DNA of 64,000 nt from Candidatus Nezhaarchaeales archaeon. GTDB taxonomy: Archaea > Thermoproteota > Methanomethylicia > Nezhaarchaeales > WYZ-LMO8. A program made the translations under genes and the position numbers. The notes below the pieces were generated by a model. The model saw only the letters and a list, made by a program, of their open reading frames with translations. It did no database searches and was not told the origin of the DNA. Positions 39,399 through 48,971 of this stretch are shown piece after piece. The stretch covers positions 512,001 through 576,000 of the forward strand of contig JAWAKK010000001.1 of the NCBI GenBank assembly GCA_038887515.1. Reading direction: 5' to 3'. Each line of letters opens with the position of its first letter. The stretch's first letter is position 1.

Positions 39399-40958
39399 TT
39401 AAACGACAAATTGCTGTTCAAGTTTTTCCACGATGTTATTAGCTATTTTCTTAAATTCTTCGAGGTTAGCCGACAGCTCTTCTATGGCGGCAGTTTGCTC
39501 CTCTAGTGCTGCGCTAGTCTCTTCACTTGCGGCTGCACTTTCTTCAGCAGTTGCAGCCATCTTCTCCATGTCTTGACTTAGCTCCTCCACCTTCTTTAAG
39601 CCACTATCTATGTTAGCGGCTATGTCGCTTATCATGTCTTCAACTTTTCTAGCTGCTACGACTATATTATTTACGTTCTTGAGCGCGTTTCCAATGACCT
39701 CCTTGCCCTCATTTATTGTCGAATGTACAAAGTCAAAAGCTGACGCTATCTTATTGACGACTTCTTGAATTCCTTCTATGACTTCTCCTATCTTCTCGGT
39801 GGACTTCTTAGTTTCATCAGCCAACTTTCTGACCTCATCCGCCACGACAGCAAACCCTCTGCCATGCTCGCCGGCGCGAGCAGCTTCAATGGCAGCATTT
39901 AGAGCTAGTAGGTGAGTTTGTTCAGCTATGTCCTTTATGGTTTCCGTGACCTTTCCTATGGCCTTTGCGGACCCTATAAGGCTCTTAACTAGATCGGTCA
40001 TCTTGTTCACGGATTCAGCTATATTGCCTAAGAAGCTAAGAGCCTTACCAGACTCATCTGAGATCTTGTTGACGAGTCCTACAACGTCACGAGTATAGAC
40101 AGATATATCCTTAGCCTTGGAGTCTATAATGTTAAAGAAACCTGCCAACTCCTTACCCTTCTTAGCCGACTCTGAAACTATTTTAGCAAGGCTCTCGCTT
40201 CCCTGAGCGACTTGCTGAGCAGCCGACGAAACCTGCTGCATGCCGGAATTTATTTGTGAAATCGCGTTGACAGAGTCTTCTACGAAGGTTAGTATTCTCT
40301 TAGCTTCCTCCTTTATGTTGGCTATAGTCCTCGAGAATAAATCCATCAGTATATTGAAGTTATCCATTATCTTGCCCATGTCATCGTCCTTCTCTTTAGA
40401 TAGGCGGATCCTCAGATCTCCCTGCGAAGCTTTCCGTGTAGCTTCACTAACGCGTTCAGCATTCCTCGACAAGTAATCTAGAAGTTCCTTAAGCTGTCTC
40501 TCCCTCTCCTTTAGAGGGGTTATGTCAACTATTACTTGGATTCCACCTATTATCCTTCCACTCTTGTCTCTAACTGGTACGGCAGAGGCGAGTGCAGGTA
40601 TGGTTCTGCCATCTTTTAATATGACGGCAATTTCTTTATTAATTACTGGTGAACCTGTTTCAAGAGCTACATCGACTTGAGTTTTTTCAATAAACCCCCT
40701 CAGCTCGAGTCCGTCCAATAGAAGCTTACCCTTGACCTCGTCAGGAGATTTAAGTCTAGTTCCAGCAAATAGTTCGCTTATGAATACCACCTTTCGATGT
40801 CTATCTACTAGGACGGCGTACGCTGGCATTTGTTTAAAAGCTAAATCCACGAGCTCGTAAAGTTCGTCAGGAGTCATGCCACAATAGAGTTTTTGACTAC
40901 TAGCTTCTTTTCCACGCTCCCGATCGTTAACTTGAATTAAATCACTCACGATATCCAA
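39399..40958 (-). CDS. soluble methyl-accepting chemotaxis protein (PAS-HAMP-MA)
   Basis: [37 protein letters not shown]; PAS/PAC (PVRD..G.IIGG....DIT); no TM segment. Confidence 0.93.
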   Translation of the reverse strand: MDIVSDLIQVNDRERGKEASSQKLYCGMTPDELYELVDLAFKQMPAYAVLVDRHRKVVFISELFAGTRLKSPDEVKGKLLLDGLELRGFIEKTQVDVALETGSPVINKEIAVILKDGRTIPALASAVPVRDKSGRIIGGIQVIVDITPLKERERQLKELLDYLSRNAERVSEATRKASQGDLRIRLSKEKDDDMGKIMDNFNILMDLFSRTIANIKEEAKRILTFVEDSVNAISQINSGMQQVSSAAQQVAQGSESLAKIVSESAKKGKELAGFFNIIDSKAKDISVYTRDVVGLVNKISDESGKALSFLGNIAESVNKMTDLVKSLIGSAKAIGKVTETIKDIAEQTHLLALNAAIEAARAGEHGRGFAVVADEVRKLADETKKSTEKIGEVIEGIQEVVNKIASAFDFVHSTINEGKEVIGNALKNVNNIVVAARKVEDMISDIAANIDSGLKKVEELSQDMEKMAATAEESAAASEETSAALEEQTAAIEELSANLEEFKKIANNIVEKLEQQFVV

Positions 40959-41018
40959 GCGTTACCACCTTAAGCTATTAAGGTAAAACTGAGAAGACAA
41001 GAGAAAATATCTAGTTAT

Positions 41019-41870
41019 TTAAGGCGACTGCTGAGATTCAAGAGGCGTAACGGCCTTTTTTCTGTATATTTTGGCTATAGGGTCAACAAGCTTAAACAAG
41101 CCGTAGAAGTCATCGCTTAGACCCTCAGTAAGCCCTAGAACCAAGTAACCCCCCATAGAAATTGAGTTTGCCAAGGCCCTTATAATCTTCTTTTTAACAT
41201 CGTCAGATAAATATATTAAAACATTCCTACAAAAGACGACGTCAAACCCTTTAGGATACAGACAGGATCTTAAGTCGAGCTTTACAAACCTCACATGCTC
41301 TTTAATAAAGTTCTTGATCCTAAACTTTCCGCCTGCTAGAGGGTCGAAGTACTCGACAAGTATGTTTCTTGGTATATTCATGAGTTCTTTTTCGTCGTAG
41401 ATGCCGTCCCTCGCCCTCGTAAGGGCATCATCGTCTAAGTCTATACCAGTTATCGAGTAAGTTACTTTAAACCCCCTACTCCTAGCTATATCCTCTATTG
41501 TTATTGCGATACTGTACGGCTCTTCTCCACAAGAGCAACCTGCACTTAAAGTCCTTAGTATCCCTTTAAGTCTTACCTTAGTTTCTATTAGAGGCTCAAA
41601 CACGAGTCTCCGGAGCCTAGGCCATACTTGAGGGTCTCGGAAGAACGCAGAAACGTTAATCATCAGTGATTCGAGGAGCTCTTTAAGCTCATCAGGCTTC
41701 TCTTCCAGCATCCTAACATAAGAGAAAACATCACTGCATTGAGTTGCAAGCATTCGGGAGTGCAATCTCCTCTTTATGAAGCTATCCTTATATGTTGATA
41801 CGTCTACGTTGAACCTCTTCTTTAACACTACTTTAAGGTAGTCTACTTCAGAAAATGCCCCAAGGTTCAT
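41019..41870 (-). CDS. cheR: chemotaxis methyltransferase CheR
   Basis: INVS.FFRD, SAGCSCGEEPYS, FCRNVLIY. Confidence 0.95.
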   Translation of the reverse strand: MNLGAFSEVDYLKVVLKKRFNVDVSTYKDSFIKRRLHSRMLATQCSDVFSYVRMLEEKPDELKELLESLMINVSAFFRDPQVWPRLRRLVFEPLIETKVRLKGILRTLSAGCSCGEEPYSIAITIEDIARSRGFKVTYSITGIDLDDDALTRARDGIYDEKELMNIPRNILVEYFDPLAGGKFRIKNFIKEHVRFVKLDLRSCLYPKGFDVVFCRNVLIYLSDDVKKKIIRALANSISMGGYLVLGLTEGLSDDFYGLFKLVDPIAKIYRKKAVTPLESQQSP

Positions 41871-42985
41871 AGATTGTGGCTCCTCGCGAACTCAAGTATT
41901 TTAAGGCCGATCATCTTTGGTGGGAGTATTGAATCAGCTAGCCCGGCTGATATAACTGACTGTGGCATTCCTTCTACGACGCAGGTCTCAGGATCTTGAG
42001 CTATGACGCGACCTCCGGCTCTCTTAACAGCCCTCGCCCCTTCGCAACCATCCTTTCCCATACCTGTTAATATCGCCACTATCATTAACCCGTCAAAGTT
42101 GCTAGTTAAGCTGATCAAAGTGACGTCAGCCGAGGGTCTTACGAAGTTTACTTTAGGACCTCTGTTAAGCCTTATCTTAAGTATTCCTGAGGGCGCCCTT
42201 TCAACTACCATGTGATGGCCCCCTGGCGCTACATAAGCACGGCCCCCCATTATCGTCTCCCCATCTTCTGCCTCCTTGACGTCGTAGAGGGACCTTGCGT
42301 TAAGTTTAGCAGCAAGCTTCCTAGTGAATAGTGGTGGCATGTGTTGGATTATTAGAATAGCAAGCGTAGGGTTTAAAGGCATATTTGCAAGGACCTCAAT
42401 CAATGTAGAGGGGCCTCCCGTACTGGTGACTATAGTTGCAATTGTCTGAGGATACAACTTTGGCGACTTTTTCTTCGATAAAAGGAATTCTTGAGAGGGC
42501 TTCGGCTTTCCAAGCTTTCTAGCTATATTAATGTTTGCCGCGACCTTGACCTTACTTATAAGCTCTTGCTTAACGTCGCATATGTTTAAAGATATGGATC
42601 CTCCAGGCTTAGCCAATACGTCGACTGCGCCGTATTCCAAAGCCGTTAGCGCCAGCTCGGGATCATCCTTCGTTAAGGCGCTGAATACGATTATCGGTGT
42701 TGGGCTAGCCTCCATGATCTCTTTTATAGCATCTAGCCCGTTCATAACTGGCATCTGGATATCCATTATGACGACGTTGGGTCTCAGCTTTGAAGTCAAT
42801 TCAACGGCTTCTCTACCATTCTTTGCTTGAGCTATGACTTCGATCTCCGGGTCTTCTTGAAGAATTTCTGACAACAGTCTACGCATTAGAGCTGAGTCAT
42901 CAGTTACCAGTACCTTTATCTTCTTCGACGGACTCTCTAAGCTAGGAGATGCACTTCGCATTTCATACAACGGAATCCCCTTCAA
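41867..42985 (-). CDS. cheB: chemotaxis methylesterase CheB (REC + esterase)
   Basis: DDS..MR, MDIQMP, STGGP, QHMP, RPSAD, LTGMGKDG. Confidence 0.96.
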   Translation of the reverse strand: MKGIPLYEMRSASPSLESPSKKIKVLVTDDSALMRRLLSEILQEDPEIEVIAQAKNGREAVELTSKLRPNVVIMDIQMPVMNGLDAIKEIMEASPTPIIVFSALTKDDPELALTALEYGAVDVLAKPGGSISLNICDVKQELISKVKVAANINIARKLGKPKPSQEFLLSKKKSPKLYPQTIATIVTSTGGPSTLIEVLANMPLNPTLAILIIQHMPPLFTRKLAAKLNARSLYDVKEAEDGETIMGGRAYVAPGGHHMVVERAPSGILKIRLNRGPKVNFVRPSADVTLISLTSNFDGLMIVAILTGMGKDGCEGARAVKRAGGRVIAQDPETCVVEGMPQSVISAGLADSILPPKMIGLKILEFARSHNL

Positions 42986-43512
42986 GCTTTAATGGACATA
43001 ACCGTGCGGGGTTCAGTTTGATGTAAGGTACCTGAAGTAACTTTACTTAACAGGTTCCTTATGTCTAATAGCATTACGAGGTCCTCACCGGACTTTATGA
43101 TGCTGTCAACGACCGGGTGTTCACCGGACATTACGTATGATGGGAGCGGAGCTATGCTGTCCTTATCGATTTGCATAACCCCTATCACTTGGTCTACGAG
43201 TAGGCCAAAACTTTCTTCATCAAGCTCTGCTATAATTATCCTAGCTTGCTGGGGGTCCCTCGATTTATCATCTCTATTGTTCTCCGAAAAGTTCGTGGAG
43301 GAGGTATCTCCCTTCAGTAGCTTCTTTAGATTTATAACTGGCAATATCTGTCCTCTTAAATTTATGACCCCCTCAAAGTATGGAGGGGCATTAGGGATCT
43401 TTGTATAGCTTTTGGCCTTGATTATCTCCCTAACGTTCTGAACCGAGATTCCGTACTGCTCGTTACCTAACTTAAATGTCACTACCCTAACTTCGCTCTT
43501 TCCTTTCATCAA
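42982..43512 (-). CDS. cheW: chemotaxis adaptor CheW
   Basis: VREII, IPNAP.Y.EGVINLRGQILPVI, GLLVD.V. Confidence 0.95.
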   Translation of the reverse strand: MMKGKSEVRVVTFKLGNEQYGISVQNVREIIKAKSYTKIPNAPPYFEGVINLRGQILPVINLKKLLKGDTSSTNFSENNRDDKSRDPQQARIIIAELDEESFGLLVDQVIGVMQIDKDSIAPLPSYVMSGEHPVVDSIIKSGEDLVMLLDIRNLLSKVTSGTLHQTEPRTVMSIKA

Positions 43513-43609
43513 CGACCCCCCGCAGGGTCCCTTAATTCATCGAAGGAGGCATGGGCTTTAAAAAGAGAGAGGAGAGGCGCCTACAGGACGTCTTAAGAAT
43601 AAATGCGTT

Positions 43610-44296
43610 CTACTTCGTGTACTTAACGTATATGATAGCATCTGAGACCACATACATAACTCTTCTACCGCAAACCCCTCCGACATCCTTTGCTACCACA
43701 GGTATTTCCATCTCTCTTAATAACTCTTCAACAACTTCGATATTACGTCTACCGATGTCGATGCCCTTAAGACCTAAGCCAGGCACGTGGGCACCTCCTA
43801 TCAATGCTGAGACCATATTCGCTTTGATGCCCCCCCCCCCCCCTTCTCTTCATCTCGTCGATTAGATATGGAATTGCTGTTGACGCGAACTTACATGCTC
43901 GACTTTCGAACGCTTCGTGCCCCCTCGACTTCTGTGTGGGGAGTAGTACGTGGACGAGACCCCCATTTTAAGCTTAAAGTCGTGGATTACTATTGCCACA
44001 CAAGATCCTACGAGTGTTGATAGGACTTCTTGGCTCGTCGACGAAATGCAGCACTCTCCAACCCCTACATTAACTACTTTACCTTTCAACAATAGCGATG
44101 CCGAAGACCTTATTGTCAAGATTCTAAGCTGAGAAGAACGATCAAGCGCTGAGATCGCCTCCCTAGCTTCGATAATCGGTCTCGTAAGACCTAATTTCTT
44201 TAAATTCTCTAGACTCTTGAAGTTGAACTTCAACCTTCTTTGTAGTAATCTCTCCCTATTACCGGTACTATTTGGAGGACACCGTTCCTTCTTCAT
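43610..44296 (-). pseudogene. cheD: cheD with two homopolymer frameshifts (G5 at 43960-43964; G14 at 43830-43843)
   Basis: VGVGE, LVGSCVAI; adding one G restores MGGLVHVLLP...KFASTAIPYLIDEMKRRG; removing one G from G14 joins IKANMVSALIGGA...IGRRN...DVGG..GR. Confidence 0.85.
43830..43843. repeat. C14 homopolymer (G14 in cheD coding strand)
   Basis: 14 consecutive C counted directly. Confidence 0.9.
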
Positions 44297-44330
44297 GCTT
44301 AAAACACCGAGAGGGTTTTAGTAGAAACGT

Positions 44331-46235
44331 TCACTGCAACGTGAAGGGATCAACTATGAAGCTTACGCTCCCGTCGCCAAGTATCGTTGCGCCAGATAGA
44401 CCCTTAATTCCTCTTAGCATTCTAGGTAGCTGTTTTATAACTATCTCTTCTTCTCCTATAACCGAAGAGGCCAGGAGGGCTATCATTTGGCCAGATGACC
44501 TTCGTATGACCACAAGAGAGCAATTATCAGATCTTTGGTCTAAGATGTCCCCAGTGTTCAAAGCCATCGACATATCCAGTATAGGGACTACCTCCCCTCT
44601 ATACAATATTACTTTCCTGCCGTTCACTGTCTTAATCGCATTCTTTGGTACTCTGAGCACGGCCTCTATGTCAGGTATAGGTATAGCGTAAATTCTACTT
44701 CCAACAGTTGCAAGCATGGTTTTCATAGTTGCCATGGATGTTGGCAAGCGAAGCGATACTGTAGTACCCTTTCCAACTTGCGACGTTATGCTTAGATGTC
44801 CGCCAAGGGCTTCAATCTTGTTTTTTACGGTATTCATCCCCATACCTCTCCCCGACATTAATGTTGTTGAGCCTTTAGTTGAGAAGCCCGGAAGGCATAT
44901 TAGCATTAAGGCCTCTTCGTCGCTAAGCTTACTTGCTACTTCTTGACTTATGAAGCCTTTCTCAACGGCTACGCGCTTAACGTACCCTGGGTCTATGCCT
45001 CTACCATCATCTTCAACTTGAATAACTATGTAGCTGGACTCTTTTTTGGCTGTTATCTTTATCGTGCCGATAGGCGGCTTACCCATAGCAGTCCTTTCTT
45101 CGCTTTTTTCTATACCGTGGTCGATGGCGTTCCTAATCAAATGGATAAGTGGATCCACAATCTCTTCAAGTATCTTCTTGTCGACAGCTATCTCCCCACC
45201 TGTAATTATGAAGTCAACCTCTTTCCCAAGTTCTTTCGCTGTATCCCTTATGATCCTAGGGAACATGTTAAATATCTGCCTTAATGGAACTAACCTCATG
45301 TTCATCACTTCATTTTGCATGTCGGATATAAGTCTCTCAAGTGTCGAGATCAGTTCCTTCAATTCGTCGTTGTCCATTTTACTTATGATATTGTTTAACC
45401 TCGACTTAATGAGGACTATTTCGCCTATTAGGTTGAAGAGCGCATCGAGATTCTTTATATTGACCTTTACTTCTTCGAGCTTCCTCTCTTCCCCCGCTCT
45501 TGATAGAGTTATGGTAGCTACCGTCGACTGGGCTTGGCTTTCTTCAACGAAAGAGACGAGCTCGTCTATTTGCGACGTTCTTTCTAAGAGACTTATTGAA
45601 CCCAATAAAGAGACATCCGTTTTTGGCGTGGTATTTGATATAGCTAGCTCGACCTTAACTACATCAGGTATTTGTTTTATAGACTCCTCGAGTTTGTGCA
45701 CATCTTTAGTTAATACCTCAGCTTCGACCAGGTTGCCATATTCGCCTCGCGCCAGAGCATCGCTTGGAGGCTGAGTTCTTACTACGTCTCCGCACTCCGC
45801 CAAGGTCCTTAATAGCATGAATGCTCTGAGAGGCTTTAGGGGCTCCATAGTTTCCAGGAATACCTTTAGATTAACGTCCTTCAGATCGCTCTCGATGTTT
45901 ATAGGCTTCTCGTCAATTTTATTTGTAATTCCCTCTAGTAGAGTGTTGATTTTATCTAAGCATTTGAAGAGCGTATCGATAACGTCGCTCGTCGCTCTCC
46001 TTCTACCATCTCGGACTTCAATTAATAGGTTTTCAGCCTCATGAGCTATCTCAGATATTTCATTCAAACCCATCATTCCAGCGGAGCCTTTAATGGAGTG
46101 CATTAGTCGAAGAGCCTCCACTATCGCGTTCACGTCGCCCGGTTTCTTCTCTATGTGCACGAGAAGGTTGTTGAGGGCCTGAATGTTCTCTTTAGCCTCG
46201 CTTATAAAGAGGTCCCTATACTTTAGTACATCCAT
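44331..46235 (-). CDS. cheA: chemotaxis histidine kinase CheA
   Basis: Hpt HSIKG, P2-like domain, HLIRNAIDHGIE, DDGRG, GFST...SGRGMG, C-terminal CheW domain. Confidence 0.97.
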   Translation of the reverse strand: MDVLKYRDLFISEAKENIQALNNLLVHIEKKPGDVNAIVEALRLMHSIKGSAGMMGLNEISEIAHEAENLLIEVRDGRRRATSDVIDTLFKCLDKINTLLEGITNKIDEKPINIESDLKDVNLKVFLETMEPLKPLRAFMLLRTLAECGDVVRTQPPSDALARGEYGNLVEAEVLTKDVHKLEESIKQIPDVVKVELAISNTTPKTDVSLLGSISLLERTSQIDELVSFVEESQAQSTVATITLSRAGEERKLEEVKVNIKNLDALFNLIGEIVLIKSRLNNIISKMDNDELKELISTLERLISDMQNEVMNMRLVPLRQIFNMFPRIIRDTAKELGKEVDFIITGGEIAVDKKILEEIVDPLIHLIRNAIDHGIEKSEERTAMGKPPIGTIKITAKKESSYIVIQVEDDGRGIDPGYVKRVAVEKGFISQEVASKLSDEEALMLICLPGFSTKGSTTLMSGRGMGMNTVKNKIEALGGHLSITSQVGKGTTVSLRLPTSMATMKTMLATVGSRIYAIPIPDIEAVLRVPKNAIKTVNGRKVILYRGEVVPILDMSMALNTGDILDQRSDNCSLVVIRRSSGQMIALLASSVIGEEEIVIKQLPRMLRGIKGLSGATILGDGSVSFIVDPFTLQ

Positions 46236-46245
46236 AATACCACCC

Positions 46246-47040
46246 TCAGTCCACAGGAGGTATCGCTGGCTGGCTTTGGGGGGTCGTTAGCGACAATACG
46301 TGCTTTGCTATCTTAAGCATCTTCGAAGAATAGGGATGTTGAGGGTGATACAAACAAAAAACCCCCTTGCTTCTATGAGATAAGACCTCATCGTAGAACG
46401 GAAGAATACCTATCACTGGGGCATCTATTATTTTAGATACTTCGTTCGCTAATTCAGGGGCGTTAGCCAAATTTGGCGGAACCATATTGAGGATAACATA
46501 GCAGACCTTACCGAACTTCCTCATTACCTGCATAGTCACGTAGGTTCCAACGATGTCTTGCTTGTCCATTCTCATAAGAAGTAGCGATAGGTCGCTTGAA
46601 AGTACGGCTAACAAAGTGTCTTCATTTAGTCCCGGATGCGTATCGAAGATCACGTAGTCAACGTCGAACTCTCTACCAAGGGCTAGCGCTATATGCTTGA
46701 AGAAGCTTTCGTGATAGCCGTCCTTCATGATTCTAACTATGTCTTCCGGCTTCATGCTCGATCCTAAAAAATAAAGTTTACCCCTAGGCAACCTGAGGTG
46801 GTTGGTTAAATCGAGTACGACATCCTTTAATTGCGCTTTGCCGTAGAGGTAGTCGTTAAGAGTGTTCTTTAGTATCTGTTGGGAGACTGCGTATATGACG
46901 TGTAGGCCGGGTGAAGTTATGTCTAAGTCTATGGTAGCAACCTTCTTACCTAAAGCTGCAAGTAACACTGACAAGTTTGCGGTCGTCGTGCTCTTTCCAG
47001 TTCCACCGCGGTAAGAATGAATCGCTATTGAAACTACCAA
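46246..47040 (-). CDS. MinD/ParA-family ATPase in the che operon
   Basis: deviant Walker A HSYRGGTGKS, DLDITSPG, DTHPG. Confidence 0.88.
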   Translation of the reverse strand: MVVSIAIHSYRGGTGKSTTTANLSVLLAALGKKVATIDLDITSPGLHVIYAVSQQILKNTLNDYLYGKAQLKDVVLDLTNHLRLPRGKLYFLGSSMKPEDIVRIMKDGYHESFFKHIALALGREFDVDYVIFDTHPGLNEDTLLAVLSSDLSLLLMRMDKQDIVGTYVTMQVMRKFGKVCYVILNMVPPNLANAPELANEVSKIIDAPVIGILPFYDEVLSHRSKGVFCLYHPQHPYSSKMLKIAKHVLSLTTPQSQPAIPPVD

Positions 47041-47246
47041 GGTTTGACGACACCTCGCTCACTTAACGCCTTCTCTATCTTTTTTAGCCGCTCTTCGAGT
47101 TGTTCAAGCCTACATACTATGTCCTCAAGTTTCTTCTCGAATCCTTGGATTGCGTCATCGACCCTATTAACATCGGTCTGCATTTCAAGTAGAGCTGACC
47201 GTAATCTACTTCTAAGGTTCCCGGGCGTCGTTTTGCCTGAATCCAT
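47034..47246 (-). CDS. small coiled-coil protein
   Basis: heptad pattern (LEDIVCRLEQLEERLKKIEKAL); overlaps the MinD/ParA start. Confidence 0.65.
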   Translation of the reverse strand: MDSGKTTPGNLRSRLRSALLEMQTDVNRVDDAIQGFEKKLEDIVCRLEQLEERLKKIEKALSERGVVKPW

Positions 47247-47457
47247 GCAAAGCCCCGATTAACATGCAATCGCTATGATGCTTAACTCTAAGCCTAGAAA
47301 GCGACCCCTAGACCCAATTAATGCCTTAACTTCTAGGCGCTAAATACTGTTGAAAGCAACATTAAGATAACTGGGGTAGAAACCTTGAAACCTAATGTCG
47401 GTCATAAGTCGCCCGATTAACGATGTAATATAGCTTAGGCAACCAAGTTATGTTCGA

Positions 47458-48261
47458 GTGGTAATGTTGGGAAGGGACCACAACTACAAGGTCGGTAGCT
47501 TTAAAAATTATCAGTCGCCCGACTTCCCCCTATTTAAGGTCGACGGCGAGAAATGCTTCGTCAAGTTTAAATGTAGGCTTCAATCCGATGCTAAGGCTAT
47601 AAATGACTTCATTAACGCAATGATAAATGGTAGCCCGGAAGGGCAGCTTTTAGTAGCATATGAAGGCAATGAAGTTCAATTATACGGTATTATTGTATTA
47701 AAAGAAGAAGTGAAGAATGTCGAAGAACTACTTCAAAAGTGCAACTTCAATGATACCGGCATAGTAGTAGAATGTATAAGTAGTGCCGCATACCTCGGCG
47801 ACGACTTTCCGTTGACTGTTGATGGTCATAGGGTAGTGGTTTTCTTAAGGGAGTTTGTTCAAGAACTCACAGACCACTTCGTAAATTATTTAGGCTCCGG
47901 AGGGGCTGCTCTATTATGGCACTTAGGAAAGAAGTGGGGAGAGCGCATGGTAGCCAAAGCGTATCAAAAAATAACGATCCCTTCAGTGGAAGAGCGCTTA
48001 AGAATCCTCTTCGATACATTGAGAGCAATGGGGTGGGGGACTTTTAACCTCAAGGATATTGAAACCATAAGCCGTAAGGGTACTATTGTAGTTGAAAATT
48101 CGTGCGAACAAAAAGGTAACGGTTGTCACCTAATGAGGGGGTTGTTAGCTGGAATACTCTCAGAAGTATTTGGAGAGAATGTTAATGTGAGGGAAGTGAG
48201 CCACAACAATCACGGTAAATGCAACTTTGTTTTTTTTTATGGTAGCGATAGCGTACGGTAA
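47458..48261 (+). CDS. V4R-domain protein
   Basis: FPLTVDGHRVV, LWHLGKKWG, MGWG, ENSCE...CHLMRGLLAG, C.F. Confidence 0.8.
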   Translation: MVMLGRDHNYKVGSFKNYQSPDFPLFKVDGEKCFVKFKCRLQSDAKAINDFINAMINGSPEGQLLVAYEGNEVQLYGIIVLKEEVKNVEELLQKCNFNDTGIVVECISSAAYLGDDFPLTVDGHRVVVFLREFVQELTDHFVNYLGSGGAALLWHLGKKWGERMVAKAYQKITIPSVEERLRILFDTLRAMGWGTFNLKDIETISRKGTIVVENSCEQKGNGCHLMRGLLAGILSEVFGENVNVREVSHNNHGKCNFVFFYGSDSVR

Positions 48262-48377
48262 AAACACTAGGATAATGCCGCAGCAGTACAGAAAGATGCT
48301 TGAAATTGGCTGAGAGCGATGCACATATTTGTTAGTAATTTTCCTCTAAAAATATTGTTTAAAAAATGTGAAGAACG

Positions 48378-48962
48378 TTGATCATCATTAAGAAACAACT
48401 AATAGGCAGCTCCGGGATAGTTCATGAAGTCGATGTAGTTGAGATTAACGGTAAGGAATACATCTTTGCAGATCTAAATGAAAGATTTGAAAGTATTCTA
48501 TCGAAGCTCCTCATAGCAATTGATGCTAGGAAACCTATCTATTTACTGACCGATAAACCTATACCGCTAGAATTAAGGAGTCTCTTGCACAACGTTGAAG
48601 TCAAAATAGGTGCCAGAGGAAAAGTAAAGGCAGTACGAGAAGTACTAGCCGAGATAAGTAGCAAAGTGGCGACAGCAAAGTGGTATTTGAAGGCTAAGGG
48701 GTTGCAAAAGGATCTTACCCGAAGGGCTATGCTTTTACTCTCTGATTTTTACGAGGCTCAATTAATGGATGAAGAGATTGTGGAGGTTTTATCAAGTCTA
48801 CTAGAGGATGTGCCCGAAATGCCGAACGCTCAGTTCCTATGTGAACTCATAAGAAGGTATGGGTGCCCTAGGTGTGGGAGCAGGAACATAGAGCTTAAGG
48901 GTATGCCGGCTATGGAACCCTATAAATGCAGATGTTTAAATTGTGGTTTTACGGTCGAGTAA
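48378..48962 (+). CDS. hypothetical protein with C-terminal zinc ribbon
   Basis: CPRCGS...CLNCG; N-terminal G.SG..H..D segment. Confidence 0.7.
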   Translation: MIIIKKQLIGSSGIVHEVDVVEINGKEYIFADLNERFESILSKLLIAIDARKPIYLLTDKPIPLELRSLLHNVEVKIGARGKVKAVREVLAEISSKVATAKWYLKAKGLQKDLTRRAMLLLSDFYEAQLMDEEIVEVLSSLLEDVPEMPNAQFLCELIRRYGCPRCGSRNIELKGMPAMEPYKCRCLNCGFTVE

Positions 48963-48971
48963 CTTAAATGC

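Noticed and set aside
40967-40984. Inverted repeat ACCTTAA-GCTA-TTAAGGT over the MCP ribosome-binding site
   Set aside because: A 7-bp AT-rich stem can arise by chance; no independent support.
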